This document shows positions 63,907 to 64,000 of a DNA stretch of 64,000 nucleotides, piece after piece (position 1 is the stretch's first letter; each line of letters begins with the position of its first letter). This DNA comes from Patescibacteria group bacterium (GTDB lineage Bacteria; Patescibacteriota; Patescibacteriia; Patescibacteriales; UBA12465). Location: positions 135,601 to 199,600 of the forward strand of contig JBAZJR010000001.1 in the NCBI GenBank assembly GCA_041651195.1, in the 5' to 3' direction. Below the pieces are notes generated by a model, which saw nothing but the letters and a program-made list of their open reading frames with translations, did not search any database and was not told the origin of the DNA. A program made the translations under genes and the position numbers.

Positions 63907-64000
63907 ATGAAAAAAATTAAAAGAAGATTGCAAATCGGAGTCATGGGTTCGGACGCGGATTTAAACTATTCCGCCGACCTGGAGAAGCGGGCTTTTGCGG
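63907..64000 (+). CDS. 5' end of a TIGR00725/LOG-like Rossmann-fold protein, truncated by the window edge
   Basis: Hand-translated as MKKIKRRLQIGVMGSDADLNYSADLEKRAFA... The IGVMGS start is typical of this family, but only 31 aa are visible. Confidence 0.35.
   Translation, partial: MKKIKRRLQIGVMGSDADLNYSADLEKRAFA

Noticed and set aside
1-64000. Possible alternative genetic code (UGA recoding), as in some CPR lineages.
   Set aside because: Well-supported genes terminate on TGA (for example 7795, 19065, 22125, 33577, 62163 and 63826) as well as TAA and TAG. Conserved enzymes such as ThrRS, malic enzyme and PilB translate intact under the standard code.
1-64000. A search for rRNA genes, additional tRNAs, tmRNA, RNase P or SRP RNA.
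   Set aside because: Apart from tRNA-Ser at 8761-8847, I found no cloverleaf-compatible sequence or recognisable conserved RNA motif in the intergenic regions by eye. A covariance-model scan would be needed to be sure.

Overview
This is a 64 kb bacterial fragment read with the standard genetic code; TAA, TAG and TGA all terminate convincing ORFs. By eye it has a moderate-GC backbone interrupted by clearly AT-rich accessory stretches. I computed no composition statistics and ran no database searches. All calls come from reading the translated ORFs and the DNA directly.

Backbone genes:
- a Zn/Mn-type ABC transporter
- a divergent DHH/DHHA2 (family II pyrophosphatase-like) protein
- malic enzyme
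- an ABC-F ATPase
- a class-III aminotransferase
- HAD hydrolases and GNAT acetyltransferases
- ThrRS preceded by a T-box leader
- ComFC, FemAB, YbeY and a YerC/TrpR-like regulator

Main points of interest:
1. A secretin-less type IV pilus locus contains pilM, N-like, O-like, B and C, plus two tandem mosaic major-pilin paralogs. Further downstream lies a minor-pilin operon (three prepilin-type genes and a PilX-like gene). That operon runs directly into two giant secreted proteins of 2272 aa and 1767 aa. Both are built from phage-tail-fibre-like [10 protein letters not shown] repeats and a strongly conserved Cys-loop module. I propose these are a pilus-associated adhesin or host-contact apparatus.
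2. Downstream of the giants is a cupredoxin, degenerate-cupredoxin and Cys-rich CNGxDDDCDG-repeat surface-protein cluster.
3. tRNA-Ser(UGA) is an integration hotspot. An AT-rich element with a large serine recombinase and a phiX174 gpA-like HUH Rep is bounded by an 18-bp direct repeat of the tRNA 3' end. It is followed by two small two-gene cassettes, each ending in further tRNA-end or flank remnants.
4. A C1 peptidase carries a T9SS-type C-terminal sorting domain in a context that otherwise looks monoderm or CPR-like.

The phylogenetic placement (Patescibacteria/CPR-like) is inference only. No rRNA or marker genes are present in the window.
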